From the NCBI RefSeq assembly GCF_964194155.1, contig NC_135897.1, positions 80,538,001 through 80,602,000 on the forward strand: DNA of 64,000 bases, given 5' to 3'. A program made the translations under genes and the position numbers. Each line of letters starts with the position of its first letter. The stretch's first letter is position 1. Below the pieces are notes generated by a model. That model did not search any database and had not been told where the DNA came from. It worked only from the letters and a program-made list of their open reading frames with translations. This document shows positions 13,153-25,384 of the stretch, piece after piece. This stretch comes from Cetorhinus maximus (Eukaryota).

Positions 13153-13748
13153 AGGTGTGGGAGAGGGATGCTTGTGAACATCGGACCTCATTATGAATCA
13201 GTGCATGTGGAACCCATTCCCAGTGAGAGTCAATGTGTGTGGAACCCATACCCCAGTGACAGTCAGTGTTTTTGGGAGCTGAACCTCTTTGAGAGACAGT
13301 ATCTGTGGAACCCTGTGAAAATCAGTGTCTGTGGAACCTGTATTCCACTGCCAGTCATTGTGTATGGAACCTGTACACCAGTGAAAGTGAGTGTCTGTGG
13401 AACCCATACCCCAGTGAGAGTCAGTATCTGTGGAACCTGTACCCCAGTGAAAGTCAGTGCCTGTGAAGCCTGTATCCCACTGATAGTGTGTGTAGGACCT
13501 GTACCCCAATAAGAGTCAGTGCCTTTGGAACCCATACCCTAGTGAAAGTCTGTGTTTGTGGAACCTGTATCCCAGTGATAATCAATGCGTGTGGGACCTG
13601 TAACGGTGAGATTCAGGAACTGTGGTACTTGTCGTCTAGTAAGAGTCAATGTCTGTAATACCTGTACCCCAGTGTGAGTCAGTGTCGGTTGGACTTGTAA
13701 CTACTGAGAGTAAATGTCTGTGGAACCCGCACCTCAATGTGAGTCAGT

Positions 13749-14200
13749 GGCCTAAATTTTACCTTTGACGGGCACGCCTGATCGGTGGGCCCGGGAGCGG
13801 TCGGGAAACAGACTGCTGACCGTGATTAGCCCCTGGCCACAATTTCACGCTGCCAGCCAGCTTCACGCTGCCGGGGTGGGGGCAGGAAGAGGATATGCAA
13901 TGACGTCACTGCAGGTGAGCACTGCGAGAAAGCTCCCTGAAAGCAGACAGCTGCTTCAGGGAGCTGCAGACCTGAAAATCAACAAATAAAGGTTTTAAAA
14001 GCATCACAATCAGTCACCTGAAAATATAGCTGATAAAAATGCTGCCCACAGATATTTATTTTTATTTTATTTCATAACAGAATCTTAATCCCGCCCTTGG
14101 ATGAGGTTTGATGAAAAATGCAAAGTCCACCTGGCCGATTAACCCGTCTGCCAACCGTAAGGTTGGATGGGCCACAAAAAAATGGAGACAATTGCGCCAT
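13749..14200 (+). mobile_element. Harbinger-type MITE, right end truncated
   Basis: Starts GGCCTAAATTTT; internal blocks (TTTCACGCTG, GAAAGCTCCCTGAA, TGGATGAGGTTT, TAAGGTTGGA) are shared with the MITE at 38238-38919. Confidence 0.75.
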
Positions 14201-14403
14201 TAGTTGTGTGTAGAACTCATGCCCCAGTGAGAGTCAGTGCCTGTGGAACCAATACCCCAGTGAGAGTCAGTGTCTGTGGAACCTGTACCCTAGTGAGAGT
14301 CAATGTGTATGGAACCTGTACCCTGGTGAGAGTCAGTATGTGTAGAACCCATATCCTAATGATCCTCAGTGTGTGTGGAACCTGTACCTCAGTGAGAGTC
14401 AGG

Positions 14404-15344
14404 AGACGGAATCTTCTGCTCACTCTGGTGGCAAGTTTGGAGTTGGGAAGAGCATTTAATTAAGCAGAATCGTGACGTACCTAAACCCTTCAGCCTTCCC
14501 GCCTCTGCCAAAATTAAGTTATGGGCGGGAAGGTCCAGGACCAACCTTCCACGCAGCCACCAATTGTGGCCCTTAAGTGGCCAATTAATGACCATTTAAA
14601 GGCCACCCCACTGCCGCTGGTGTTAACCCAGCCTGGAGGCAGGTCTGTCGACATGCGAAACTATACGAGCTAATATAATATACAGAAAATGCTGGGAAAA
14701 CTCAGCAGGTTTGACAGCATCTGTGGAGAAAGAAACAGAGTTAATGTTTGAAGTCTGTATTACTCTTCTTCAGAGCTCTGAAGAATAGTTATACGGACTC
14801 GAAACATTAACTCTGTTTCTCTCTCCACAGATGCTGTCAGACTTGCTAAGTTTTTTCAGCGTTTTCTGTTTTATTTCAGATGTCCAGCATCCGCAGTATT
14901 TTGCTTTTATTTTAAACTATGCGAGCTATGCATCCCTCTGGTGGGGTGTGTCCTTCAATCAAAGGCACTCAGCGCCTGATTGGTGTACACGATATCGGGA
15001 AGGGGGGCCCCTCTGAGAGCCACACCCCTGCCCTTGATGCGACCTCTTACACCCCTCTCCCCGTGAGCTCCGCCCTGCAAAACCCCCCCCCCACCCCCAT
15101 ATTACTTACCTATGGCCTGGGTCACTCAGCGATCTTGGGACTCTGGTGCCTGCCCTTCTTGCAGTTGCCATTACCTTTTCTGTGCCACTGCCCCCAAAGT
15201 CTTAATCACAGGAGAAAGCCCGGCATTGGCCTCACCACTGCTTGATTGGCACATAGTTCAGCAGGTCTTCCCGAAAAGAGGCAGCAAGGGTCTCTTGCCA
15301 GCTCTCCAGCCGAGACCCCCTGACAGGTCAACAAGATTCCATCC
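14404..15344 (+). mobile_element. Harbinger-type MITE containing a palindromic insert
   Basis: Ends GACGGAATCTT / AAGATTCCATCC; interior resembles the MITE at 46080-46785. Confidence 0.7.
14682..14912. mobile_element. Palindromic Penelope-derived repeat
   Basis: Two ~94-bp inverted arms (14682-14775 and 14776-14869) centred on CAGAG|CTCTG; each carries a CTGAAGA..GAAAC-like motif (degraded to CAAAC in the left arm). Confidence 0.75.
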
Positions 15345-16054
15345 GCTGTATGTGGAACCCATACCCCAGTAAGAGTCAGTGTGTGTGGAATCTGTACCCT
15401 AGTAAGAGTCAAACCGCTCTTCCTGCACCTCTGGCCAGTTCAAAGTTTGCACTGGAGCTGGATTTCCAGTGCAGGCTGGGTCCCGGGCATTTCTAGCATT
15501 TAAAGCATCCACACAGACGCTGCTTCCCATGTGTGCAAAGGCTTTTGAGTCTCTATTGGGAGTTTTATCCACAGGGGAGACCAGGTGACTGGACTTACAG
15601 CAGGGGCTTTGTTCTCTGTGCAACCAGGGCTATGCTGTCTGCAGTCACAGCCTGTTAATATCCAAGGACTGGACCGATATTGCACACTTGTGCCATATGA
15701 TGGTAGAAATTGATGAAGATCGATCGAACATCCTGATCTTTTACATGAATAGGAAGTTGGGGGAATTGTGCAGAAGTGAGCCCTAACTCTGAGAATCCGG
15801 TAAACAGAGCATGAAGCACTAATGTACCCATCCACTTCTCTACCACCACCAGCACCAACCCCCCCACCACCCCACCCTTGAGCTGGACTTTGTCTTCTTA
15901 CTTAGGTGTTGGAGAGAGCTCTCAAACTCCCCCACCCCCTCCCTGCCCCCACCACTGATCCAGGCCTACTTCCAGCCGCCTGCTGCCGGAACAGAGACCC
16001 TGGCTGGACGTTCCCCGCCTTGCCAACTCGGACCTGCAGCTTTAAAACACCCCC

Positions 16055-16120
16055 GCCCAATCCCAAACCCAATCCCAATCCTAATCCCGACCCCGACCCC
16101 GACCCCGAACCCGACCCCAC
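16055..16120. repeat. Hexamer microsatellite (CCCAAT)n/(CCCGAC)n
   Basis: Seen directly. Confidence 0.85.
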
Positions 16121-16374
16121 AAACCTACCTGCTTTGTTTCAGCTCCTATCCTGGCTGCTCCTCGTGGTGGCTGACTGCTCTGCTCTATGTATGGGCAGAC
16201 ACCAAAGCTGCTGCGGCAGTAGCAAGAGGAGACCCTGAGCGGTCCTCCCAGTTGTTGCCCAGATGAGTATGGGATAAATGGAGTCCCAGGAAGCCTGTGC
16301 ACGGGATGTTGAACAGCAGCGCAAAATCCATGAACTCCAGGATGGTGAGTCGCCCTCAAGCCTCATCAGGTCCT

Positions 16375-16592
16375 TAAGCCTCATTCGGCATTGCTGCTCT
16401 GGTCCTTGGGCCTCATTTGCCACCACCACTCTGGTCCCCGCCTCACTTGCTGCTGCCATTCTAGTCCTCAGGCCTTGCTCGCCACTGCTGTTCCAGTCTC
16501 CGGGCTTCACTTGCTGCCGCCAATCTCGTCCTCGGGCCTTGATCACCGGTGCCACAGCTCAGATCCCCAGGCCTCGCTCACTGCTGCCACTC
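16375..16592. repeat. Degenerate ~30-bp GC-rich tandem repeat
   Basis: About 7 units like GGCCTCACTTGCTGCTGCCATTCTAGTCCTCA. Confidence 0.65.
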
Positions 16593-17496
16593 ACTTTCCC
16601 ATTGCTCACTGCTCCTTCAATCACAGGCTGTTTCTCTTTGCATTTGCAGCTGATAGGGTGATCCAGTAATTGGCAATTAAATCCTTGGAATAAAAGACAA
16701 GTTTTGAAAAGGTTTTCAGAGGAGAAGAGAGTGGTAGAGGAATCTTAGGAAGTATTTTGAGAGGGAAACATTTCGGTGACTTAAAGATCTGAAACCAGTG
16801 ATGGACTAGAGGTAGTGTAGAGTACGACTATCAAGGGACTTGAAGATGGCAATGCACATTTTAAGCATAATGCATTAGGGAACAAGGAACAAGTAAAGAT
16901 CATGAGGATGGAAGTGATGAATTAAATTAAGCTTAGTACGGGTCAAGTTACAAGAAGCTGCAGTTGGAAAAGTTGAAGTTACTGGTACATCGATAAAAGC
17001 CCAACAAGGGAAGCATTGGAATAATTAAACTCCAGAGCTTAGAAATTTGGCTGGACTCAATGATAATGAGGCCCAGTGCTCAATCTTGGATGCATCTTGG
17101 GCCTCACCAGTCTGGACTGATACTGCTGCCCACCATCCTTCCCACCATGCACGTATGGATGTGTTCAAAATTCTAGGGCTTGTACCCCCTCCCGGTGCTC
17201 TCAAATCCAGGACCACTCCTAGTGCAGCTTATCTTAATGTTTTCTGGTGCCACTAACTACTAGGTAGCCTCCTACAATTAGTATATTTGCTGTGTATTCT
17301 CAACTCTAAAAATGGTGAAGAATACCTATTAAAGAACTATCTATCTTATTATGTATCCTTTAAATTTTTTATGTGTATATTAAAGAATAATTATAATGGA
17401 GTGTGTTACATGGTTAGCGGCAAAATTAGGTTGTAATGCTGTCATAAACAGTGGAAACGAAATTTGAGATGTTTAAGAATGCCACGACAATGCCAT

Positions 17497-18860
17497 GAAT
17501 CATAGAATGATTTATGGCACAGCAAGAGGCCAATGATTCCATCATGTCCATGCTGGCAGATAAAGAGCTATCCAGTCTAATTGTACTTTCCACCTCTTGT
17601 TCCATGGTGGGGTTAGTCCAAGTATTTTTTAAATGGAGGTTTCTGCCTCTACCATCCCTTCAGGCAGTGGGTTCCAAACCCTTACCACCCTCTGAATGAA
17701 AAGACTTCTTCTTTACTCCCCTCTAATCATTAATTATTTTAAATCAATGCCCCTGGTTATTGACCTCTCTGCCAAGGGAATAGGTCCATCCTATCCACTC
17801 TATCTAGGCCCCTCTTTATATATACTTTAATTAAATCTCGCTTCAGTGTCTTCTGTTCCAAAGAAAACAACTCCATCTTTCCTCAAAGCTAAAATTCTCC
17901 ATCCTGACAGCATCCTTGTAAATCTCCCCTGTACCCTCTCTAGTGCAATCACATCTTTCCTGTAATGCCGTGATCAGAACTGTATGTGGCCCAACTCATG
18001 TTTTATGCAGTTCTAGCATAACCGCCTTGCTCTTATATTTTGTGCCTAGGCTAATAAAGGAAAATATCCCATACGGCTTCTTAATCGGCTGTCCTGCTAA
18101 CTCCTGGATCTGTGGGCGTACCTGTTCTCTCTGTTCTACACTTCTCTGTATTCCACCATTTATTGTGTATTCCCTTACATTGTTTGTCTTCCCCAAATGC
18201 ATGACCTCACACTTCTCTGGATTGAATTCTAATTGCCACTTTTCTGTGCACCTTAACCATCTATTGAAATCTTTCTGCGGTCTACTCTTCCTCACTATCA
18301 ACCGCACATCCAATCTTTATATCACCTATAAGCACCTTTATCATGCTCTCTACATTTAAGCGTAAATCATTGTTATATATAACAAAAAGCAAGGGACCTA
18401 GTACAGAAGCCCACTGGAAACAGCCTTCTAGTCAGAAAAACATGTATTAACCACCCTTTATTTCCCGTCACCGAATGAATTTTGGATCTAACTTACCATT
18501 TTCCATGGATTCTGTGGGCTTTTACTTTTCAGACTAGTCTGCCATGTAGGACCTGGTAAAAAAACTTCATTAAAATCCATGTAAACTACATCAAATACAT
18601 CTTCACCGACTCTCCTCGTTACCGCCTCAAAAAATTTAATCAAGCTATTCCCATTAACAAATCTATGCTGACTATATTTGATTAGAAATGATGATTTAAA
18701 CGGTCCCTCAGGACTTTTTCCAATAATTTACTCACCACCAAGTTTAGGCTGATTGGCCGATAATTATCTACCCCTTTCTCCCTTTTTAAATGACTGTACG
18801 ACATCAGCATTCCTCCAGTAGTCCCACACCATGCCTGTAGCAAGAGAGGATTGCAAATAT
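17497..18860 (-). mobile_element. CR1 LINE RT/3' fragment, old
   Basis: WQLEFNPEKCEVMHLGK, YKSKAVMLELHKT, CR1 3' tail ...CATAGAAT. Confidence 0.85.
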
Positions 18861-20522
18861 TATGATTTTAATGTGGAATGTAATTTGCAACATAAGAAAT
18901 TAAAAATTGGACCAGGATATTTGGCCCTTCAAGCCTGTTCCAATAACATTGCACCTGATCTTCTATCTCAACTCCACCTTCTTGCATTATTCTCATATCC
19001 CTTAATTTCCTTAGTACACAAAAAAATCTATTGATCTCTGTCTTGGAATATGCTCAATGACTGAGCATCCATAACTTTCTGGGATAGAGAATTCCAAAGA
19101 TTCACAACTCTTTGAGTGAGGAAATTTCTCCTCATCTCCATCCTAAATGGCCAACCCCATATTCTGAGACTGCAACACTTAGGTTTAGATCCCCAATGAG
19201 GGAAATGACTCACCGTCGACCCTGTCAAGCCCCTTAAGAATTTTATGTTTCAATAAAATCCCCTCTCATTCTTCTGAATTCCAGGGAACTTAGGCCTAAG
19301 TCAATCTCTTTTAACAGGAAAATCTCATTCCAGGAATCAGTCTAGTGAAACTGCATTGCACTTCTTTCAGGGCAAGTAAATCTATCCTCAGGTAAGGAGA
19401 CCAAAACTACACAGTATTCTTAGTGTGGTCTCACCAAGGTCCTGCAAAATTGATGTAAGACCTGATTCCTCTTATACTCCAATTCCTTTGTAATAAATGC
19501 TAACTTACCATATGCCAACCAAGTCACATGCTGTATCTGCATATTAATTTCTTGTGATAAGTGTACAGGACACCCAGGCCCCCCTGAATAGTAACATTTT
19601 GCAGTTTCCCATCATTTAAAAAAAATCTACTTTTCTATTTTTTCTTCCCATGCCAGATAACTACACATTTCTCCACGTTTTATTCCATCTGCCACATTCT
19701 TGCCCACTCACTTAACCTAGCTAAATCCTTTTGCTGTGTCTTTGCACCCTTCTTACAGCTTACTTTCCCACCTAACTGTGTATCATTAGCAAACTTGGGT
19801 GTAATACTTTCTATTTCCTCATCTAAGTCATTGATATAGATTGTAAATAGCTGACACTCTAGCACTGATCCTTGTGGTGACTTGCTAGTTGCAACGTACT
19901 AACCTAAAAATAGTCCATTTGTTCCTCCTCTCAGTTCTCTGTCCATTAGGTAATCCAAAATCCATGGCAATATATTATCCTTAATCCCATGAGCCCCAAC
20001 ATGTGTAATAATCTCTTGTGTGGTAATTTATGGAATGCTTTTTGAAAATCCAACTACACAAGATCTACTGGTTCTCCCTTATCCATCCTCAAAAAACTCT
20101 AACATTTCTCTTTCATATATCTGTGCTGACACTGCCTAATGAAATGATTTTCTAAGTGTCCTGTTATCATGTCCCAAATGATTAAATTGTAACATTTTCC
20201 CCTGACTGATGTCAGGCTAACTGGTCAATAGTTCACTATTTTCTCTCTCCCTCCTTTTATAACAGCTTACCTTTGCTACCTTCCGATCCACAGGGGCCAT
20301 TCTAGAATGGATGGAATTCTGGAATACCAAAAGCACTGCATCCATAATCTCTGTAGACATTTATTTTAAAATCCTATGGTGCAGATCATCAGCTCCAGGT
20401 GATGTGTTGACTTTTAGCCCCATTAATTTCTCCAGTACTATTTCTTTACCAATATTAATTTTTTTGAGTTTGTCATTCTCACCAGATCCTTTTTGTGTCT
20501 TCTACCATGAAGACAGATACAA

Positions 20523-23302
20523 CGGACAGAATATTGCCAATTTAGTTCCTGGTGAATGATGGGACAATTTTTGGGTTTGGATCTTGATTCCCCGACATGT
20601 GCTCTTTGTGGCTGTTCTTTACCAGAGCAAACCAATTAACTGCCCTCTGCCTGGCTTCCTGACCAATTAGGAAGGAAAGATGGGATGACATGTCCAATCT
20701 GTCACAAGAAGGATTTCAATTAAAAGGGACCACGGCATGTTTCAGGAAAACTCAAGTGCTGGTGAAAACTCACCAGCAGTTGGATTTTTCAGACTGTAGT
20801 AACCATAGGATTGGAGAGGAAACATGGAAATGCTACCCTCATGTCTCTCACTCTTACCTGGCAGTCCTGCTGAGGGATCTGAGGGCATGCAATGATATGA
20901 AGTGTTCCAAGAATTGAAGGAAGAGGTCATCTTCTTCACCTAAGCAGGCGAGTGTGGAAGTTGCTGAGGAAGTCATCAGTGGGAGTGTGCTCTTTCCAAC
21001 CTGAGACAGTGTACCAAGAGGATCTATCACCTCAGGAAGGTATGACAGGTGAGTGTCACAATAATTTCAGGTGCCCAGCCACATACTCTGACTTGTCCAG
21101 GATTCTCCTGCAGAGCACACCTTGGATTGACTTATCTTGCAACTCCACTCATTCCTCTCTCTTCAGCACTTCATATTCCTATCTGAAGAGCCAACACTCA
21201 TTCTCGCCCTCAGCATATTTCCACCTTGCCCAACTGATGCTCGTGCCTCACAGTCACCCTCTACAAATCATGTCCTTTCCTCTTCTGCACACAAGCCATT
21301 ACGGCCACTCACACCGGTCTGCTTTCTCTCCTTTCAGGTCAGGAGAGCACGCAACTTGACAAATGGCAAAGACCAACTGGGGGGGGGGAAATGGGGGAGG
21401 TTGGCAGGGAGGGGTATGTGGCAGTAAGGGTTGGCTCTCTAGTTTCAGGCATATTGTCAGCTATTGGCAATGCGTCCCCTCCTTGTTCACTGGGAAGGAG
21501 ACCCTGTGCCAGGAGCCGCAGGTGTCAGAAGCCAGCTACTGTGAAAGCCTGAGCTTTCTGATGCACTGGTGCTCACAGATGCCAGGGAAGCTGATCCTGT
21601 AGAGTCTGTATTGGGCATCTTTCCTCCTTTGAGCTAGATCCTGCTGTCCATTCCATCTGCCCTGTCTTGGGTAACGTAGCTGAGGAGAAGGCAGCTGGTG
21701 TTGCTGCTGGTGTTGCCCCTGCTGCTGGAGCAATCGGCCATGATGTGGTCTCTGCTTTTGAGCCTAAGCAGAGGTGGAAGGTGGAGCTGCATAAGCTGCT
21801 CTGATGCAGCGCTGAAGGCTGGCAACAGGCAAGTCTATCTGAAGGTGAGTGAAGTGCTAGCAGTTGAATTGCCTTCCCAGTTGTTGACAATCACCTGTCA
21901 AGGAGTGAAAATATTCTCTAAGGGAATAAGTGTCTCTCAATGGCCATAGCTGGAGTTCTTCAGTGCAACTGATGAAATTCTTCACAGTTTTTTTTCAGTT
22001 TTACTGAAAAAGCTCTTCCCACTGTTCACTCACCTCAATGACACTGACAAGTTGCCAACAGATTGGGAAACATGTTTCCCAGTTGGGTAATTCAGGATTT
22101 AGTATTTAAACACCTAATAATTGGCTTCTTAACAACCTCAATCACTTAATTACTTGTATGACAGATCCAAGGGTTCCCTGTTCTCCTTCAATCTTGGTCT
22201 CTCCTCGCCTTTGAATCAGAGGGTTGTGGGTTCATGTCCCACTCCCGGAAACCAAGAACTGTGATTGTACTCGAAAAAAAGAGTTGCAATCTGTGACTGT
22301 TGATAACTCGAAAGAGTTAGAGGTGTCAGCTGTGGCTCAGTTCATAGCACCCTCGCCTTTGAATCAGAGGGTTGTGGGTTCATGTCCCACTCCCGGAAAA
22401 CCAAGAACTGTGATTGTACTCGAAATAAGTTGCAATCTGTGACTGTTGATAAGTCGAAAGAGTTTCAATCTTTGTCTCCCCTCGCCTTTGAATCAGAGGG
22501 TTGTGGGTTCATGTTCCACTCCCGGAAACCAAGAACTGTGATTGTACTCGAAAGAGTTGTGATCTGTGACGATTGATAACTCGAAAGAGTATCCTTTGAG
22601 GTGTCAGCTGTGGCTCAGTTCATAGCACCCTTGCCTTTGAATCAGAGGGTTGTGGGTTCATGTCCCACTCCCGGAAAACCAAGAACTGTGATTGTACTCG
22701 AAAGAAGTTGCAATCTGTGACTGTTGATAACTCGAAAGAGTTTCAATCTTTGTCTCCCCTTGCCTTTGAATTAGAGGGTTGTGGGTTCATGTCCCACTCC
22801 CAGAAACCAAGAACTGTGATTGTACTCGAAAGAGTTGCAATCTGTGACTGTTGATAACTCGAAAGAGTTTCAATCTTGGTCTGGGAGGTGTCAGCTGTGG
22901 CTCAGTTCATAGCACCCTCGCCTTTGAATCAGAGGGTTGTGGGTTCATGTCCCACTCCCGGAAACCAAGAATTGTGATTGTACTCGAAAGAGTTGCAATC
23001 TGTGACTGGTGATAACTCGAAAGAGTATCCTTTGAGATGTCAGCTGTGGCTCAGTTCATAGCACCCTCGCCTTTGAATCAGAGGGTTGTGGGTTCATGTC
23101 CCACTCCCGGTAACGAAGAACTGTGATTGTACTCAAAAGAGTTGCAATCTGTGACTGTTGATAATTCGAAAGAGTTTCATTCTTGGTCTGGAGAAAACTC
23201 CTGAGCCAAAATCACTTTCTGGGACTTTCCCACCCCACTCCCTACCTTCCCCCCTGCCCCCACCATCGAACCCGCCTTCAACGACCTGGAAAAAAATCCC
23301 TC
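20523..23302. mobile_element. Internally deleted Harbinger relic
   Basis: Myb-like remnant on + (~20820-21050), transposase N-terminal remnant on - (YRLYRISFPGICEHQCIRKLRLSQ, ~21540-21610), decayed ends GGACAGAATATT / AAAAATCCCTC; interrupts a CR1. Confidence 0.65.
22187..23190 (+). repeat. Tandem array of 7 units (129-158 bp): tRNA-like SINE head + two hairpins
   Basis: CCTTTGAAT(C/T)AGAGGG recurs at 22208, 22356, 22485, 22634, 22763, 22921 and 23070; A-box-like TGGCTCAGTT in four units; B-box-like GGTTCATGT(C/T)C in all. Confidence 0.92.
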
Positions 23303-23539
23303 AAAGTATTTGTTTGATGTCTCTGCCATTTCTTTATTCCACATTATAATTTCCCCTGCCTTTGCCTCGCAGGGGCCCACATTTATTTTCACCAATATTT
23401 TCCTTTTCGCATGTGTAAAGAAGTTTTTACAATATGTTTTTATGCTTCTAGCTATTTTACTCTAATATTCTCTGTGGCCTTTCTTTATCAATTTCTGGGC
23501 CATGTTTTGCTCCCAATCTTTCTGGGCAACATTATAAGT

Positions 23540-23850
23540 GATCTTGCTTTTGAGTGTGGGGTTTGTAGATTCAAGGCCCACACCAGAGACTTGAGCTCAA
23601 AAATGTAGACTGACTCTCCACTGCAGGTCCGAAGTGTTGCACTTTTCGAGGTGCCGTCATTTGGATCAGACATTAAACTGAGGCCCCTTATGCTTTCTCA
23701 GTTGCACATAAAGACCCCAAGAGAGGAGTTATCCCCCATGTATCCCTCAATCAACACTACTAGAACAGATTATCTGGTCATGTTGATTGTGCAAGCTTGC
23801 TGTGTCTAAATTGGCTGCCATGTTTCCCACACAATAGTGACTTCATTGGC
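23540..23850 (+). mobile_element. Deu-domain tRNA SINE (SacSINE1-like), decayed
   Basis: tRNA-head remnant ..TTCAAGGCCCACACCAGAGACTTGAG, GGTGCCGTC..TTAAACTGAGGCCCC, CAGATTATCTGGTCA, AAATTGGCTGCC. Confidence 0.7.
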
Positions 23851-25384
23851 AAGAAATTAAAGGGTGTTAGTTGTTTCAGGTACAATATTTACTTAACTTT
23901 TGTATAATCATATAAATAGTAAAGCACAAGTATTTTCTCACAAACTAAAGAAGGTACTATGCATTTAGGCTTTTATTGTTTACATCTGGAACATGATTTC
24001 GAAAACAGCCAGGGTAGAATTATTGTAAACAAAAAATGATTTTATTGCATGTATTATGATAGAGAAATGACAATTCTATTATTTTCCCAGCAGAATAACA
24101 TGGAGCAATTTTGTGAGATTCTGTTGCAAGCACGGAACCTCTCCAGATTGTGATCCCACAAAATATAATTTTCTGATCTACACTTGCCGCCTACGAGGCT
24201 GTGTGTGGTAGTAGGTTACCCCTCAATTGTCCACATGTGGTAAGTGCTAAGTGATATCAGCAGCCTTTCAATTTTTTTTGTACACAAATGCTTCCTTTAC
24301 AAACTATAGCTTGGAAATATCATTGGAAAATGCTTAATGCATTTGTACAACGTTCTTTTGTGTGCTATTTTAATTCAGACGTTAACCCTTTTGTTTCAAA
24401 TAATGCTGCCACTGGAGGGAAAGACAACTTGCATTTGTTTAGTACCTTTAGTGCAATCAACATCTCAATTTGCTCCACTTTGGAGATAGCAGGTGGCAAA
24501 TGGTACTGAAAGAGTTGGGAAAGATGACTCAAAAGCACAAACAAAAGAGATTTTAAAAGCAGAAAAATAAGTAGCAAGGCAAAGAGTCTTTTTGTGGTGG
24601 GGGTTTTGCAGAGAGTGGCAGAAAGCTTAACAAATGCATTGAGCATTCATCTGCTGATATTGGCAACAGTAATCTCTAGCCTTACATTAGTGAAGCCATA
24701 GTCTCTTGCTCATGAATTATTTTGGTACACACCGCATGGCCAACCATGTTTTCCTTTTCATATGATGCCTGATGGGGAGCATTAGCTAATGAAACAGGCA
24801 TATGCCATTTTTGTTGACTTATATAGGATTCCAGATTTCATTCCACCATGCAAACTGCTTACTATAGGAAGCATACTTTTATCAGCAAAAGGCATCTGTT
24901 CCTACCAGATAGTGTTGGATGCTGCATGTGATGCCAATTTCTCGACACTGTGTTTCACTAGAAAAAAAATAACACTGAAAGGAGGCTTTTCTCTCATCCT
25001 CTCAATGGAAGCATCAATGTGATGCATATGCGCAGGGAATGCTTAATACAGGGACACATTGACTGAATGTGTAGTGAATACCTAACATAGGAACGTTTGG
25101 TGAATAGTTCCCAAGGGGTTGAATACTTTTTGACCTTTGCTGAAGTTTTCATGTTTGTTTCTAGAGTTTATGGAACTTTTATACCCTGCAATTAAAATGA
25201 TTGATAAACTGGCCAATGCAAGGAACTTGATTGAATAAACAGGTTACAGTCCTTCTATTCTTATACAGGCTAATCCCACTTATGGATCAGTTTTGTTTAT
25301 AACTAAGGTTGCTTCATATACAGATTATATCCCTCGTTTATCAGTATCATGTTAATTTCCAATTGAGTGTAAGCATTTTGCTAG

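Larger units (their letters stand above)
13199..15411. repeat. 33-bp minisatellite in three blocks (13199-13748, 14205-14400, 15346-15411)
   Basis: Unit CAGTGTCTGTGGAACCTGTACCCCAGTGAGAGT; the blocks are separated by two MITE insertions. Confidence 0.9.
18890..23510 (-). mobile_element. CR1 LINE fragment (18890-20522 and 23303-23510) split by a Harbinger insertion
   Basis: QLFTIYINDLDE..KFANDT, EMRRNFLTQRVVNLWNSL; GAAGACAGATACAA at the left junction continues as AAAGTATTTG at 23303. Confidence 0.8.

Noticed and set aside
13057-14463. Cys-rich repeat protein ORFs (keratin-associated or metallothionein-like)
   Set aside because: By-product of a 33-bp minisatellite that is open on both strands; no splice or promoter support.
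22258-22320. Hammerhead ribozyme in CTGTGA..GAAA / CTGTTGA..GAAA of the array unit
   Set aside because: The core deviates from CUGANGA, there is no stem II, and the GAAA sits as a hairpin loop instead.
22187-23190. CRISPR-like array or functional tRNA-Gln cluster
   Set aside because: There are no unique spacers, no cas genes, and the context is eukaryotic. The heads have a TTG loop but no proper acceptor or anticodon stems, and they match SINE heads.
24365-24646. Hydrophobic 93-aa ORF as a membrane micropeptide
   Set aside because: Overlaps AT-rich decayed SINE/L2 tail-like sequence; no recognisable family or exon structure.
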